From Candidatus Saganbacteria bacterium (lineage in GTDB: Bacteria; Margulisbacteria; WOR-1; JAKLHX01), in assembly GCA_026387835.1 (NCBI GenBank), contig JAPLKZ010000006.1, positions 1 to 32,000 of the forward strand: 32,000 bases of DNA. Reading direction: 5' to 3'. Position 1 is the first letter of the stretch. Each line of letters opens with the position of its first letter. The position numbers were made by a program, and so were the translations under genes. Positions 19,949 to 29,152 of the stretch are shown piece by piece. The notes beneath the pieces are model-generated. The model made no database searches. It worked only from the letters and a program-made list of their open reading frames with translations, and had not been told where the DNA came from.

Positions 19949-20560
19949 ATGTTTGAAGATATCAAAGCTGTCTTTGAGCGCGATCCGGCTGCAAAGAACA
20001 TATTGGAAGTACTGTTTTATCCGGGAGTCTGGGCGATTTATATCCATAGAGCCACACATTTTCTATACAAATTAGGGGTTCCTTTTATTCCGCGCTTTAT
20101 TTCACAGTTAAGCAGGTTCTTAACAGGGATAGAGATCCACCCGGGTGCCAGGATCGGGAAAAGTTTTTTCATCGACCACGGCATGGGAGTTGTCATAGGA
20201 GAAACCACTGTCATAGGAGACCATGTCACTATATACCAGGGAGTGACCCTTGGCGGCACCGGCAAGGAAAAAGGGAAACGCCATCCCACGATAGGAAATA
20301 ACGTGATCATCGGGGCGGAAGCGATAATACTCGGCAACATCAATATCAGCGATAATTCAAGGGTAGGCGCCGGAGCCGTGGTCACAAAATCAGTATGTCC
20401 TGATTGCACCATCGTCGGCAATCCTGCGAGGGTGATCGTGCGTGAAGGCAAAAAAGTCGGCGATCTCGAGCATGCCGACCTTCCGGATCCTGTAGGCAAT
20501 GCTTTGGAAGACCTGCAGAAAAGGATAGAAGCTTTGGAAAAGAAGCTCGAGGGAAAATAA
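19949..20560 (+). CDS. cysE: Serine O-acetyltransferase
   Basis: It has a left-handed beta-helix hexapeptide region: [44 protein letters not shown]. Confidence 0.9.
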   Translation: MFEDIKAVFERDPAAKNILEVLFYPGVWAIYIHRATHFLYKLGVPFIPRFISQLSRFLTGIEIHPGARIGKSFFIDHGMGVVIGETTVIGDHVTIYQGVTLGGTGKEKGKRHPTIGNNVIIGAEAIILGNINISDNSRVGAGAVVTKSVCPDCTIVGNPARVIVREGKKVGDLEHADLPDPVGNALEDLQKRIEALEKKLEGK

Positions 20561-22014
20561 TGTCCCTTGTCATCTACAACACTCTTTCGAGACGGAAAGA
20601 AGAGTTCATCCCGCTAAACCCGCCGAACGTTTTAATGTATGTATGCGGCATAACTCCTTACGATGAGACGCATCTCGGCCACGCGAGGGCTTATGTGGCG
20701 TTCGATGTCATACGCAGATACCTTGAGTACAGCGGGTACAAAGTCGATCATGTTCAGAACATCACGGACATCGATGACAAGATAATAAAAAAGGCGAACG
20801 AACAAAACAAATCGATCAAAGAAGTCTCAGAACACTATACCGCTTCATTTTTTGAAGTGATGGATGCTCTCAAAGTAAAACGCGCCGCCAGATATCCAAA
20901 AGCGACAGAATATATCGGCGAGATGATCGAACTGATCTCCGAACTGGTGGCAAAAGGCGTTGCATATAAAGCCGGCGGGGATGTCTTTTTTGATATCAAC
21001 AAAGCAAGAGACTACGGAAGACTTTCCGGCAGGGATATTGAAGGGATGAAAGCCGGCGCAAGGGTGGATATCAACTCCGACAAGAAGGGCCCGCTCGATT
21101 TCGTGCTTTGGAAGGCCGCCAAAGAAGGGGAGCCTTCATGGGACAGCCCTTTCGGGAAAGGAAGGCCGGGATGGCATACGGAATGCGTGGTGATGTCAAA
21201 AAAGCTTCTCGGACAGCCGTTTGACATCCACGGAGGCGGAGCCGACCTGATATTTCCGCACCATGAGAACGAGCTTGCCCAGGCTTCCTGCCTGTCCGAC
21301 AGACCCTTCGTCAAATACTGGCTGCATAACGGGTTCATCACGATAAACAAAGAAAAGATGTCAAAATCGCTCGGCAATTTTTTTACTGTTTCGGAAGTAT
21401 TAAAGAAGTACGACCCTATGGTCATCAGATATTTTCTTTTAAGGACCCATTACAGAGGTCCGATAAACTTCAGCTACGACGATCTTGATGAGGCAAAAGC
21501 GGCTCTGAACGGCATAAAGAATGCCTATCAGGATACAATATTCATGCTAAAGAACACCAAAAACGACAGATCGGAAGAAAAATTCGACTTAAAATACTTC
21601 AAAGAAAAATTCATCGAAGCGATGGATGATGATTGTAACACTTCGGCCGCCCTTGCGGTCATATTCGAGATGATAAAGTTCTTCCACGAGCATAAATTTA
21701 AGCTGGCGGGAGAAGACATCACCAATGTCAAATATCTCCTGGAGGAATTCAACTCTGTCCTGCAGCTGGGCCTGAAAGAAAACAAGATAGAGATAAAAGA
21801 AGACATAAGCGCGCTTGTCGAACGTAGGGTCGAGGCAAGAAAAAAGAACGACTTTGTCCTTGCCGACAAGCTCAGAGTGGAAATCGAGGGAAAAGGTTAT
21901 ATAATAGAAGACACGCCGTTCGGGAGTTTTGTAAAGAAAAAAGAGGCGGCAAAACCGGAGGAAAAGGAAATTAAACAGAAAGCCGATCCGTTCGGGTTCG
22001 GGAAAAAGAAATAG
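20560..22014 (+). CDS. cysS: Cysteine--tRNA ligase
   Basis: HIGH-type motif (THLGHARAY), KMSKS (KMSKSLGN) and WHTEC. Length is 484 aa. The start overlaps the cysE stop by 1 nt (TAATG). Confidence 0.95.
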   Translation: MSLVIYNTLSRRKEEFIPLNPPNVLMYVCGITPYDETHLGHARAYVAFDVIRRYLEYSGYKVDHVQNITDIDDKIIKKANEQNKSIKEVSEHYTASFFEVMDALKVKRAARYPKATEYIGEMIELISELVAKGVAYKAGGDVFFDINKARDYGRLSGRDIEGMKAGARVDINSDKKGPLDFVLWKAAKEGEPSWDSPFGKGRPGWHTECVVMSKKLLGQPFDIHGGGADLIFPHHENELAQASCLSDRPFVKYWLHNGFITINKEKMSKSLGNFFTVSEVLKKYDPMVIRYFLLRTHYRGPINFSYDDLDEAKAALNGIKNAYQDTIFMLKNTKNDRSEEKFDLKYFKEKFIEAMDDDCNTSAALAVIFEMIKFFHEHKFKLAGEDITNVKYLLEEFNSVLQLGLKENKIEIKEDISALVERRVEARKKNDFVLADKLRVEIEGKGYIIEDTPFGSFVKKKEAAKPEEKEIKQKADPFGFGKKK

Positions 22015-22114
22015 AAATCCTCACCCCGTCTCGCTCCGCGAGCCACCCCTCTCCACGAAGTGGAGAGGGGAAAGCCGACCCCGCAAAAAGCGGGGGAGGC
22101 AGGGGTGAGGATTT
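22015..22114. repeat. 100-nt nested palindromic (REP/MITE-like) element: a 13-bp outer stem enclosing three hairpins
   Basis: The outer arms AAATCCTCACCCC (22015-22027) and GGGGTGAGGATTT (22102-22114) are perfectly complementary. The inner hairpins are CTCGC/GCGAG (22030-22042), CCCCTCTCCAC-GAA-GTGGAGAGGGG (22046-22070) and CCCCGC-AAAAA-GCGGGG (22079-22095). Confidence 0.65.
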
Positions 22115-22132
22115 AGAAGGACAGAAAGATAT

Positions 22133-23407
22133 ATGCTGGATCCAAAATTAATGAGAAATGAGCCGGAAGCCATAAAAAAAGCCCTGAAAAACAGGGGGAA
22201 TGATCCCGCTTTGGTGGATTCATTCCTTTCCGCGGATGAGGAATGGCGCAGGAAAGTGTTCGAATCGGAACAGATGAAGAATAAGCAGAACGAGATATCT
22301 TCTCAGGTGGCGGGCATGAAAAAGAGGGGAGAGGACGTCTCAAAACTCTTCGAGGAGATGAAAGCTCTTTCGCAACGTCAAAAGGTCCTTACCGAAGAAG
22401 CAGGCATCCTTGAAAAAAAGGCAAAAGACATACTGCTGGTCATCCCGAATATCCCGAGCGAAACGACACCGGCCGGAAAAGGCGAAAAAGAGAACAAAGA
22501 GATCAGGAAATGGGGGGAGAAAAAAAATCTTTCTTTTGAAGTGAAACCTCATGACGAGATAGGGGACCGCCTCGGGATATTTAATTTTAAGCAGGCCGCG
22601 AAAATATCAGGGTCCAGGTTCGTCGTCTATCACGGGCTGGGCGCGAAGCTTGAAATGGCGCTCATAAACTTCATGCTCGACGTCCAGACAAAAGAGAACG
22701 GCTACAAGCAGGTGATGACGCCGTTCATGGTCAATTCCGAAAGCATGCTCGGCACGGGCCAGCTCCCGAAGTTCGGGGAAGAGCTGTACAAGACAAGTGA
22801 CGATCTGTATATGATCCCAACAGCGGAAGTGCCGGTCACCAACATCCACAGGGACGATGTTTTTTCCGCAGAGGCCCTGCCGCTGAAATACGTCTCTTAT
22901 TCCCCGTGTTTCAGGAGGGAAGCCGGCTCTTACGGAAAAGATGTGAAGGGAATAATCAGGCAGCACCAGTTCAATAAGGTCGAACTTGTGAAGTTCTGCA
23001 GGCCGGAAGATTCTTATAATGAACTGGAATCGCTGACGGCCGACGCGGAAAAGGTCCTGCAGCTTCTCGAGCTTCCCTACAGGGTCATCGTGTTGTCCAC
23101 CGGGGATCTCGGGTTCTCGGCCGCTAAGACATATGATATTGAAGTATGGTTCCCGTCGGAGAACAGATACAGGGAGATCTCATCCTGTTCTAATTTTACG
23201 GATTTTCAGGCGAGAAGGGCGAACATCAAGTTCAAAACAAATCCAAAATCCAAGCTGCAGTTCGTGCACACTTTGAACGGTTCCGGCCTGGCGGTCGGAC
23301 GTACCATGGCGGCAATACTGGAGAACTTCCAGCAGGAAGACGGTTCCGTACTTATACCTGAAATTCTCCATCCTTACATGCAAGTTTCCTCCATCCAAAA
23401 ACGATAG
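22133..23407 (+). CDS. serS: Serine--tRNA ligase
   Basis: N-terminal coiled-coil arm, motif 2 ([25 protein letters not shown]) and motif 3 ([16 protein letters not shown]). Length is 424 aa. Confidence 0.95.
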   Translation: MLDPKLMRNEPEAIKKALKNRGNDPALVDSFLSADEEWRRKVFESEQMKNKQNEISSQVAGMKKRGEDVSKLFEEMKALSQRQKVLTEEAGILEKKAKDILLVIPNIPSETTPAGKGEKENKEIRKWGEKKNLSFEVKPHDEIGDRLGIFNFKQAAKISGSRFVVYHGLGAKLEMALINFMLDVQTKENGYKQVMTPFMVNSESMLGTGQLPKFGEELYKTSDDLYMIPTAEVPVTNIHRDDVFSAEALPLKYVSYSPCFRREAGSYGKDVKGIIRQHQFNKVELVKFCRPEDSYNELESLTADAEKVLQLLELPYRVIVLSTGDLGFSAAKTYDIEVWFPSENRYREISSCSNFTDFQARRANIKFKTNPKSKLQFVHTLNGSGLAVGRTMAAILENFQQEDGSVLIPEILHPYMQVSSIQKR

Positions 23408-23460
23408 AAATATAGAGTCGCGTTTATTCAATAATAAAGCCTGTTGGGGAAGAGAAATAA

Positions 23461-23634
23461 ATGGCAATAGATCCAGTAAATTTTAGAATAAAAAATAATC
23501 AAGAATATGCAGATAGCCCTGTGTTCAAGGATCTGAAAAACCAATTTGAACAGGTAATAAACAACTTAAAGGCACATCACGAGTGGGACGGAGTGATGGT
23601 TCCCAAAAATAAAGATACCAATAAAACGATATAA
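23461..23634 (+). CDS. Possible small ORF, 57 aa (below the ORF-track cutoff), unknown function
   Basis: Hand translation gives MAIDPVNFRIKNNQEYADSPVFKDLKNQFEQVINNLKAHHEWDGVMVPKNKDTNKTI*. A GGGGAAGAG purine tract lies 8 nt upstream. The ORF is AT-rich and sits in the convergent gap between serS and the sigma factor gene. Confidence 0.25.
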   Translation: MAIDPVNFRIKNNQEYADSPVFKDLKNQFEQVINNLKAHHEWDGVMVPKNKDTNKTI

Positions 23635-23671
23635 GTAACAACCCCCAGACAGCAACAAACAAGATCGCGGT

Positions 23672-24247
23672 CTATTTATTAAGGAGCTTCTTTAATTTAT
23701 GCGTAGCTGTCTTGCAGATCCTGCTGACCTGGGATTCAGAAAGGTCTATTTCTTTTCCAATCTCTTTAAAGGTCTTATCGTCCTGATAGTACCCTACGAT
23801 CACGGCCCTTTCATTATCCGACAGGTCCTTTAAGGCGCTGTCGATCTGCGTGGCGATCTCGGTAGATTCACTGTGAGCAAGCTCCTTGTTGAAGGCGAGA
23901 TAGACATTTGCCGCCTGGGTCACCCATTCGTAGATGCCGGTAACGGGGTCAGTGCCTCTTTTCCTCAGGTAATCCTGCATGGACCCTTTGAGGCGTATGC
24001 TCACATAAGGCCAAAGATCCCCTTTGCGCGGGTCCCAGGTCTTTAACGCGTCAACAAAAGCCATCTTAGCTTCCGAAATAAGGTCATCAGCTTCGTTCCT
24101 GGCTACATTATGAGGAAGGTTGCTGATATACCATTTTACGGTGGAATCTATCTGGCTCTTGTACTTTTCTACTACCTCGTCAGAATATTTCAAAAAATGC
24201 TGGCGTAGCAGCTGAACTATCCTGTCTTCGGAATCCTTGTCAGACAT
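23672..24247 (-). CDS. fliA: Sigma-70 family sigma factor, short (191 aa); FliA/sigma-28-like by position at the end of the flagellar operon
   Basis: It has a region 2 (DDLISEAKMAFVDALKTWDPRKG..WPYVSIRLKGSMQDYLRK) and a region 4 HTH (LSDNERAVIVGYYQDDKTFKEIGKEIDLSESQVSRICKTATHKLKKLL). No obvious region 3 is present. The fliA symbol rests mainly on genomic context. Confidence 0.6.
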   Translation of the reverse strand: MSDKDSEDRIVQLLRQHFLKYSDEVVEKYKSQIDSTVKWYISNLPHNVARNEADDLISEAKMAFVDALKTWDPRKGDLWPYVSIRLKGSMQDYLRKRGTDPVTGIYEWVTQAANVYLAFNKELAHSESTEIATQIDSALKDLSDNERAVIVGYYQDDKTFKEIGKEIDLSESQVSRICKTATHKLKKLLNK

Positions 24248-24452
24248 GGTCTCTGTACCCCTTTATGACAGCCTCGATGAATTCTTTTGTGCGGTCCTTT
24301 GCAAGGTGCCTGCTGAACTTCTGCGCCATATCCTTAATGAACCGTTCAAATCTCCTGAGAGCGGGAGGTATGTTCTGTATGGCGGACGACATCAATGTCC
24401 CGGAGGTCTTTACTTTTGGAACAGAAGAAGAAACCTTTCCTGATTCAACCAT
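24240..24452 (-). CDS. Hypothetical small protein, 70 aa, overlapping the sigma factor start by 8 nt; possible FlgM-like anti-sigma factor (speculative)
   Basis: ATG start. It lies between flhA and the sigma factor gene. The C-terminal DRTKEFIEAVIKGYRDHV weakly recalls the FlgM R.EKV..IK.AI..G.Y.VD motif. The Shine-Dalgarno is weak. Confidence 0.45.
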   Translation of the reverse strand: MVESGKVSSSVPKVKTSGTLMSSAIQNIPPALRRFERFIKDMAQKFSRHLAKDRTKEFIEAVIKGYRDHV

Positions 24453-24455
24453 ATT

Positions 24456-24848
24456 TTAGTTTTTCTTTCCGGTCCCGGTCTTTTTGTCCAGAACAGTACC
24501 GACCACTGACAAAGCCTGCCGCCGCAGGTCGGGATTGGTCATGACAGAATCCGCTAATTTATTTACCATTTTATCAAAACCCTTGTTCAATGTAAAGGAT
24601 GGGCCGAATTCGATCTCCAGGGCCGACCTTATCATCAGATAAATAAGTTCTTTGGCAGGGAGGTTTGGCGAAAGAAGTCCCGACAATCTCTCATGGTACC
24701 TGCCTATGTTGTCCGTTCTGAAGATAAAACTGCTTGAAGGCGGCTCCTTTTTCATGTCTTTTTGTATCGCGGAAGACAATACTGCACTTTTGACGAACTC
24801 TATCCTGTCTTTCTTCCCGTCGATATTATTATTTAACAGACTTGCCAT
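24456..24848 (-). CDS. Hypothetical protein, about 130 aa, unknown function, in the flagellar operon
   Basis: The ATG at 24848 lies 10 nt after the flhA stop. The tracked TTG at 24866 would overlap flhA by 8 nt. The protein looks helical and has a basic C-terminus. No family was recognised. Confidence 0.5.
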   Translation of the reverse strand: MASLLNNNIDGKKDRIEFVKSAVLSSAIQKDMKKEPPSSSFIFRTDNIGRYHERLSGLLSPNLPAKELIYLMIRSALEIEFGPSFTLNKGFDKMVNKLADSVMTNPDLRRQALSVVGTVLDKKTGTGKKN

Positions 24849-24858
24849 ATTTTTCCGT

Positions 24859-26940
24859 TCAATCAAGAGATATCATGCCGACGGACTGCACTTTTACCTG
24901 GGGCACGATCTCATTATACGACAGCACTGCCGCGTCGGGAAAACTTCTTTCGATGAATCTCTTTAGATGCGGCCGGAGCCTCGGAGAACAAAGTATTATC
25001 GAAGACAGGTTCATCTTCCTGAAAGCCTGTATCTGGCTGGATATCTGGCCGAGTATCCTTTCACCGATATTAGGGTCAAGGGCAAGGAACGAGCCGTACT
25101 CGCTCTGGTGGACAGCGCCGATCATGGTCTCTTCCAGATTAGGGTCTATCGTGACGACGGTTATGACCCCTTCTTTGCTGGTGTAGCTTTCACATATCTG
25201 CCTTGCGAGGGATTGCCGGACATATTCGGCTAGGATGTTGATGTCGCGGCTCAGGTGCGCGTAATCCGCCAGCCTTTCAAGTATCGTAGAAAGGTCCCTG
25301 ATCGAGACCCTCTCTCTTACAAGCAGCTGCAGGACCTTGTGCACCTGGCCGAGCGAAAGCATGTCGGGGATCAATTCCCTGACTATCGCCGCATTGGTGT
25401 TCTTGACAAGCTCGATCAGCGATTGCACGTTCTGCCTGGTGATTATCTCGTCCGCGTACCGTTTTACCGTCTCTGAGAAATGGTTGGCCACTACATCGAC
25501 AGTGTCTATGCCGGTAATGCCCGCTGCTTTCAGTTTCTGTTCCTCCTCTTTAGGGACCCAGGTCATAATTTCACCGGTCAGGGGGTCTTTGCCTTCCACC
25601 CCGGTGATCTTTGCGGATTTGATCTCATCCAAGGTCCGGTCGACTTTATAATTGTTCATAAGGACCTCCGCTGTCGCGACCTTGGTCCCTCTTATCTCGA
25701 TCACGTACTGGTTAGGCGGCAGGCTCAGATCGTCCATCACCCTGACGCCGGGTATCACAAATCCAAGTTCCTGCCCGATGTGATAGCGGATGAGCGTTAT
25801 CTTTTCCAGCAGCGGCCCTTTTTGCGCCGGATCGATCAGGGGGATAAGGTTCCTGCCGGTCTTCAGGCTCAGAGGGTCAAGACCCAGCGTGGATATTATG
25901 CTTTCCGGTTTTTTAAGCATGTCTTTTTGGGCGCCTTCTTCCTGCACAACGGACACTTCTTCCTTTTTCATCTGCGCCTGTATAAGGAATATCGCAGCGA
26001 TCCCTGACATTATGGCAAGGGACAGGAACGGGATCGTCGGAAGGCCCGGGATGAAAGCAAATAACATCAGGATCATCGACACAAAAGCGAACGCCCTCGG
26101 CTGAGCGAATATCTGGTTTGCTATATCGGTCCCTATGCTCACGTCCGTGGCGGCTTTTGTTATGACCATGCCGGTCGCTATCGATATCAGCAGCGCGGGT
26201 ATCTGTGTCACAAGACCGCAGCCTACCGTTAAAAGGGCGAATGTTGAGACAGCTTGCATAACACCCATCCCTTGCTGGAGCCATCCGACAAGGATCCCTC
26301 CGATGATGTTAACGAGCGTGATAATAATGGCAGCGATCGAATCTCCTCTCACGAACTTGTTCGAGCCGTCCATGGCGCCGAAGAAAGTGGCTTCCCTTTC
26401 GATCTTTTTTCTTCTCGCTTTTGCTTCATTAGCGTCTATCAACCCCGCGTTCAGGTCGGCGTCTATCGACATCTGTTTTCCCGGCATCGCGTCAAGAGTG
26501 AACCTCGCGGCCACCTCTGCCACGCGCTCGGAACCTTTGGTTATGACGATGAACTGCACGATCATGATGATTATAAAAACTATTGCGCCGACGATATAAT
26601 TACCGGAGACCACAAAATTGCCGAAAGAAGCGATCACTTCTCCCGCGTAGGCGTTCAAAAGTATCAATCTCGACGCCGAGATATTGATCGAAAGCCTGAA
26701 CAGGGTGACTATCAGGAGTATGGAAGGGAACGCGGCGAATTCAAGAGGCTCTTTGAGGTACATAGCAACCAGGAGTATTATCAAAGAGATCGCGACGTTC
26801 AGCGTCACAAGGATATCAAGGATAAAAGCCGGAAGCGGCAGTATCATCAAACCGATGATGACGACCACAACTCCTGCCACGGCAAAGTCGTTGACAGAGA
26901 ACAGAGCTTTTAACGAGTTCAAATTTATCGATGACGCCAA
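24859..26940 (-). CDS. flhA: Flagellar biosynthesis protein FlhA (type III export gate)
   Basis: The FHIPEP-family N-terminal membrane domain and cytoplasmic C-domain were recognised by eye (for example FVRGDSIAAIIITLVNIIGG). I prefer the TTG at 26940, which has AAGGAGA 8 nt upstream, does not overlap flhB, and gives an N-terminus of similar length to E. coli FlhA. The tracked start at 26967 is also a TTG and overlaps flhB by 23 nt. Confidence 0.92.
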   Translation of the reverse strand: MASSINLNSLKALFSVNDFAVAGVVVVIIGLMILPLPAFILDILVTLNVAISLIILLVAMYLKEPLEFAAFPSILLIVTLFRLSINISASRLILLNAYAGEVIASFGNFVVSGNYIVGAIVFIIIMIVQFIVITKGSERVAEVAARFTLDAMPGKQMSIDADLNAGLIDANEAKARRKKIEREATFFGAMDGSNKFVRGDSIAAIIITLVNIIGGILVGWLQQGMGVMQAVSTFALLTVGCGLVTQIPALLISIATGMVITKAATDVSIGTDIANQIFAQPRAFAFVSMILMLFAFIPGLPTIPFLSLAIMSGIAAIFLIQAQMKKEEVSVVQEEGAQKDMLKKPESIISTLGLDPLSLKTGRNLIPLIDPAQKGPLLEKITLIRYHIGQELGFVIPGVRVMDDLSLPPNQYVIEIRGTKVATAEVLMNNYKVDRTLDEIKSAKITGVEGKDPLTGEIMTWVPKEEEQKLKAAGITGIDTVDVVANHFSETVKRYADEIITRQNVQSLIELVKNTNAAIVRELIPDMLSLGQVHKVLQLLVRERVSIRDLSTILERLADYAHLSRDINILAEYVRQSLARQICESYTSKEGVITVVTIDPNLEETMIGAVHQSEYGSFLALDPNIGERILGQISSQIQAFRKMNLSSIILCSPRLRPHLKRFIERSFPDAAVLSYNEIVPQVKVQSVGMISLD

Positions 26941-26944
26941 ATCC

Positions 26945-28087
26945 CTATCTCCTTGACGGCGCGGCAACTGTCTTTTGCGCCCTTATCCCCTTAAGAGGCC
27001 CGAGCCATTCTTTTTTCCGATTTAAGCGGTTCTTCTTAATCTTATACACGAACGCGAGTATCTCTGCAACTGCCTGATAAATTTCCGATGAAATTTCCTG
27101 TCCGACCTTTGTCGAGTTGAATATGGACCTCGCAAGCGGTTCGTTCTCGATCACCGGGATATTATTTGATTCCGCTATTTTTTTTATCTCTTCCGCTATC
27201 ATATGCCGGCCTTTTGCCACCAGGGAAGGGGCCTTCATCCTTGACGCGTCATAAAGAATAGCGACAGCCAGGTGCGTCGGGTTGGTGACGACGACATCAG
27301 CTCCCGGGACAGCAGCCATCATCCGCTGGTTTGACATCGCCCTCTGGAGGTCTCTCATCCTCTGTTTGACCTGCGGGTCGCCTTCGAGCCTTTTGTATTC
27401 CTCTTTTATCTCCTGTTTTGTCATCTTCAGGTTCTTCATGTATTCCCATCGCCTGTAAAAATAATCGAGGATGGCCACAGCAAGATAAAATATCCCGACG
27501 CGTATCGCGATCTTGTAAGCGATCGATCCGCCTATCACAAGCGATTGCCACGGATCAGCGCTCATTACGCCTATCACGCTGGGGAGATCGTCCTTTACAG
27601 CATACCAGGTGATATAGAACACTATGAGGATCTTTATTATCGATTTGACAAGTTCGACAAAGCCGGTCATAGAGAACATCCTTTTAAACCCTTCCAAAGG
27701 ATTGATCCTTTCGAGTTTTGGCGATAGAGGATCGACAGCGGCGACAAACCCCGTCTGCAGAGCTTCGGCAAGGAGCGCCACTATAACAGTGACGATGAAA
27801 ATCGGCGTTACGGAGATAGCAAAAGCTCTCAGGGCTATCAAAAGTACGCTGCCGACAAAATCGAGGCTGAAATCAGAAATATTTGGGATGAGCTGGAAGA
27901 CCGACTGCGTCATACCTGCCAGCTCCCTCCATATCATGTCCCCCGTGTACCTGAAAATGACATATGAGGTCAGTAGCAGAAAAGCAGTCGTAATTTCCTT
28001 GCTTTTCGCGACCTGGCCTTTTTCGCGAGCTTCTCTTAGACGGTGCGGCGTCGGTTCCTCGGATTTATCTCCGCCCTGTTCTCCCAT
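26945..28087 (-). CDS. flhB: Flagellar biosynthesis protein FlhB
   Basis: N-terminal EEPTPHRLREAREKGQVAKS, four TM segments and the NPTH autocleavage site (VVVTNPTHLAVAI). Length is 380 aa. Confidence 0.93.
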   Translation of the reverse strand: MGEQGGDKSEEPTPHRLREAREKGQVAKSKEITTAFLLLTSYVIFRYTGDMIWRELAGMTQSVFQLIPNISDFSLDFVGSVLLIALRAFAISVTPIFIVTVIVALLAEALQTGFVAAVDPLSPKLERINPLEGFKRMFSMTGFVELVKSIIKILIVFYITWYAVKDDLPSVIGVMSADPWQSLVIGGSIAYKIAIRVGIFYLAVAILDYFYRRWEYMKNLKMTKQEIKEEYKRLEGDPQVKQRMRDLQRAMSNQRMMAAVPGADVVVTNPTHLAVAILYDASRMKAPSLVAKGRHMIAEEIKKIAESNNIPVIENEPLARSIFNSTKVGQEISSEIYQAVAEILAFVYKIKKNRLNRKKEWLGPLKGIRAQKTVAAPSRR

Positions 28088-28105
28088 TTTTTAAAGCCCC
28101 CGATC

Positions 28106-28879
28106 TTATAATTTCATTATACTAAAACTTCTGATGATTTCCTGCGTCATCTGCGTTATTATCGACGAGATATTGGTTATCATGAGAGGAAGGCTGAACA
28201 GGATCGCCAAAAGGCCGAGTGTCGGCTTGACCTGAAACCCCAGCATGAAAACGTTCACCTGCGGGGCCACCCTCGAGACTATCCCGAACGAAAAATCCGA
28301 AATGAATATCAAAAGCAGGGCGGGACTAGCAAGCTGTACCGCGATAAGCAGCATGTTTGACCCCAAGTTTATCATCTGCAGCACCAGATCCTGCGATATT
28401 ATTATCGGGGCTCCGACGGGGATCGTCCTGAAGCTCTGATGTATGGCTGAAAGCAGCATGTGGTGCCCGTTCAGGATCAGGAAAACGGTCAATGCTATAT
28501 AGAACGTTAATTTACCGACTATTGATGTGACCGTGCCGGTGGTCGGGTCAAGTGCGGTCGCGATGCTCATTCCCATCTGAAGGTCGATTATATCGCCGGC
28601 AGATTGTATCGCGGCAAAGAGGATATGGCAGCTGAACCCGATTATTAGTCCGATAATAAGTTCTTTGATCAAAAACAGCGATATGCCGATCGGTCCGCTG
28701 GGGATCCCCGGTGAGACAGGGACTACGAACCAGAGCACGACGGCCATCCAAATAATAAGAGAGATCTTTCCCAGTATGGGGAATGTCCTGGTGCTGAATA
28801 CAGGAGCTATCAGGAATATCCCTGTGATGCGCGCGAATACGAACATGAACACTTCTATCTGGGGAAGAGTCAGTACCAT
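28106..28879 (-). CDS. fliR: Flagellar biosynthesis protein FliR
   Basis: Polytopic protein of 257 aa lying between fliQ and flhB. It has a FliR-like N-terminus (FMFVFARITGIFLIAPVFS). Confidence 0.9.
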   Translation of the reverse strand: MVLTLPQIEVFMFVFARITGIFLIAPVFSTRTFPILGKISLIIWMAVVLWFVVPVSPGIPSGPIGISLFLIKELIIGLIIGFSCHILFAAIQSAGDIIDLQMGMSIATALDPTTGTVTSIVGKLTFYIALTVFLILNGHHMLLSAIHQSFRTIPVGAPIIISQDLVLQMINLGSNMLLIAVQLASPALLLIFISDFSFGIVSRVAPQVNVFMLGFQVKPTLGLLAILFSLPLMITNISSIITQMTQEIIRSFSIMKL

Positions 28880-28880
28880 A

Positions 28881-29150
28881 TCATCTCACCATATTCGGTA
28901 TATTGGCCCAGAGCGTCGTCATAAAATCGACCATAAGCGATGCCATCCACGGGGAAGTGAAAGCGATCACCATCATGACGGTCACCATCTTTGGCACAAA
29001 AGTGAGGGTCTGTTCCTGTATTTGGGTGACCGCCTGGAACAGGCTTATGATAAAACCGACCAAAAGACCTAATCCTACGGAAGGAAGCGACAGCAGGAGG
29101 ACAAGCATGACCCCGTTGTATATCACCTGGGTCACAAAATCCTGTGTCAT
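28881..29150 (-). CDS. fliQ: Flagellar biosynthesis protein FliQ
   Basis: The protein is 89 aa with two TM segments. It contains LLVGFIISLFQAVTQIQEQTLTFVPK. Confidence 0.92.
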   Translation of the reverse strand: MTQDFVTQVIYNGVMLVLLLSLPSVGLGLLVGFIISLFQAVTQIQEQTLTFVPKMVTVMMVIAFTSPWMASLMVDFMTTLWANIPNMVR

Positions 29151-29152
29151 GT

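Noticed and set aside
22015-22114. I considered a tRNA/tmRNA-like gene or a T-box/riboswitch leader for serS, because of the cloverleaf-like three-hairpin fold.
   Set aside because: The 13-bp outer stem and 11-bp arm are far longer than tRNA stems, and there are no 7-nt anticodon loop, T-loop or D-loop signatures. At 118 nt the spacer is too short for a T-box, and no specifier or T-box sequence is seen.
26254-26913. I considered the long antisense or alternate-frame ORFs inside real genes as coding. Examples are 26254-26913 (219 aa) and 25480-26007 opposite flhA, 9056-9658 (200 aa) opposite pnp, 13345-13965 (206 aa) opposite purL, 5272-5802 opposite orf184, and 16335-16934 inside comEC.
   Set aside because: Each is fully embedded in a confidently identified gene. 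They have biased low-complexity composition (Arg/His/Ser-rich) and no ribosome-binding sites, so they are typical shadow ORFs.
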